A DNA stretch of 64,000 bases from Neoechinorhynchus agilis (taxonomy: Eukaryota > Animalia > Acanthocephala): positions 2,407,561 through 2,471,560 of the forward strand of contig CM121341.1 in NCBI GenBank assembly GCA_051530055.1, read 5' to 3'. Both the position numbers and the translations under genes were made by a program. The notes beneath the pieces were generated by a model. That model searched no databases, was not told where the DNA came from, and saw nothing but the letters and a program-made list of their open reading frames with translations. How positions within the stretch are numbered: position 1 is the stretch's first letter; each line of letters opens with the position of its first letter. Positions 63,773 to 64,000 of this stretch are shown one piece after another.

Positions 63773-64000
63773 TCCGCGTGTCACGACGCTGCGCTGGGCC
63801 TGATGTCGAGCAACCGAGTTGAACCTCGGTATGATGACTGCGTGTTGCTGGCAACTGGACCTGGTTAGGACGCTGACCAGGTCGGTCTCGTCGGGGTCAC
63901 CAATTTAGCGGCGCCACGTGGTACGGACGAAGTATTATTATATTATTATTATATCTACATTGGTCAAATGCTTGTTGTCCTTCATTCGGCGAAAGGAAAC

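Overview
AT-rich eukaryotic window, probably from an animal with compact introns of about 41-66 nt. It holds about ten housekeeping or signalling genes: RPL22, SCYL1-like, CSTF2, TMED10, a small membrane protein, UBA5, a DeSI peptidase, fibrillarin, RAD1 and an Axin-like RGS protein. The genes sit among dense repeats. These are: (i) a ~6.03-kb higher-order repeat made of diverged ~460-bp satellite monomers plus a decayed CR1/L2-type LINE, in 2.3 copies; (ii) a 34-copy 5S rDNA array; (iii) a Penelope-like element (RT + GIY-YIG) with inverted terminal arms that carry hammerhead-ribozyme cores; (iv) a near-perfect 146-bp satellite copied from Penelope RT coding sequence; (v) several tandem arrays of fold-back units; and (vi) five CRE-like RLE 3' stubs plus LINE fragments. 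The most interesting signal is a dispersed set of minimal hammerhead motifs, two with compensatory stem-II changes, embedded in short non-coding fold-back elements. This suggests a Penelope-dependent, retrozyme-like non-autonomous family. All calls are by eye plus the ORF track. Repeat boundaries are approximate, and noisy copies in the arrays hint at long-read assembly errors.
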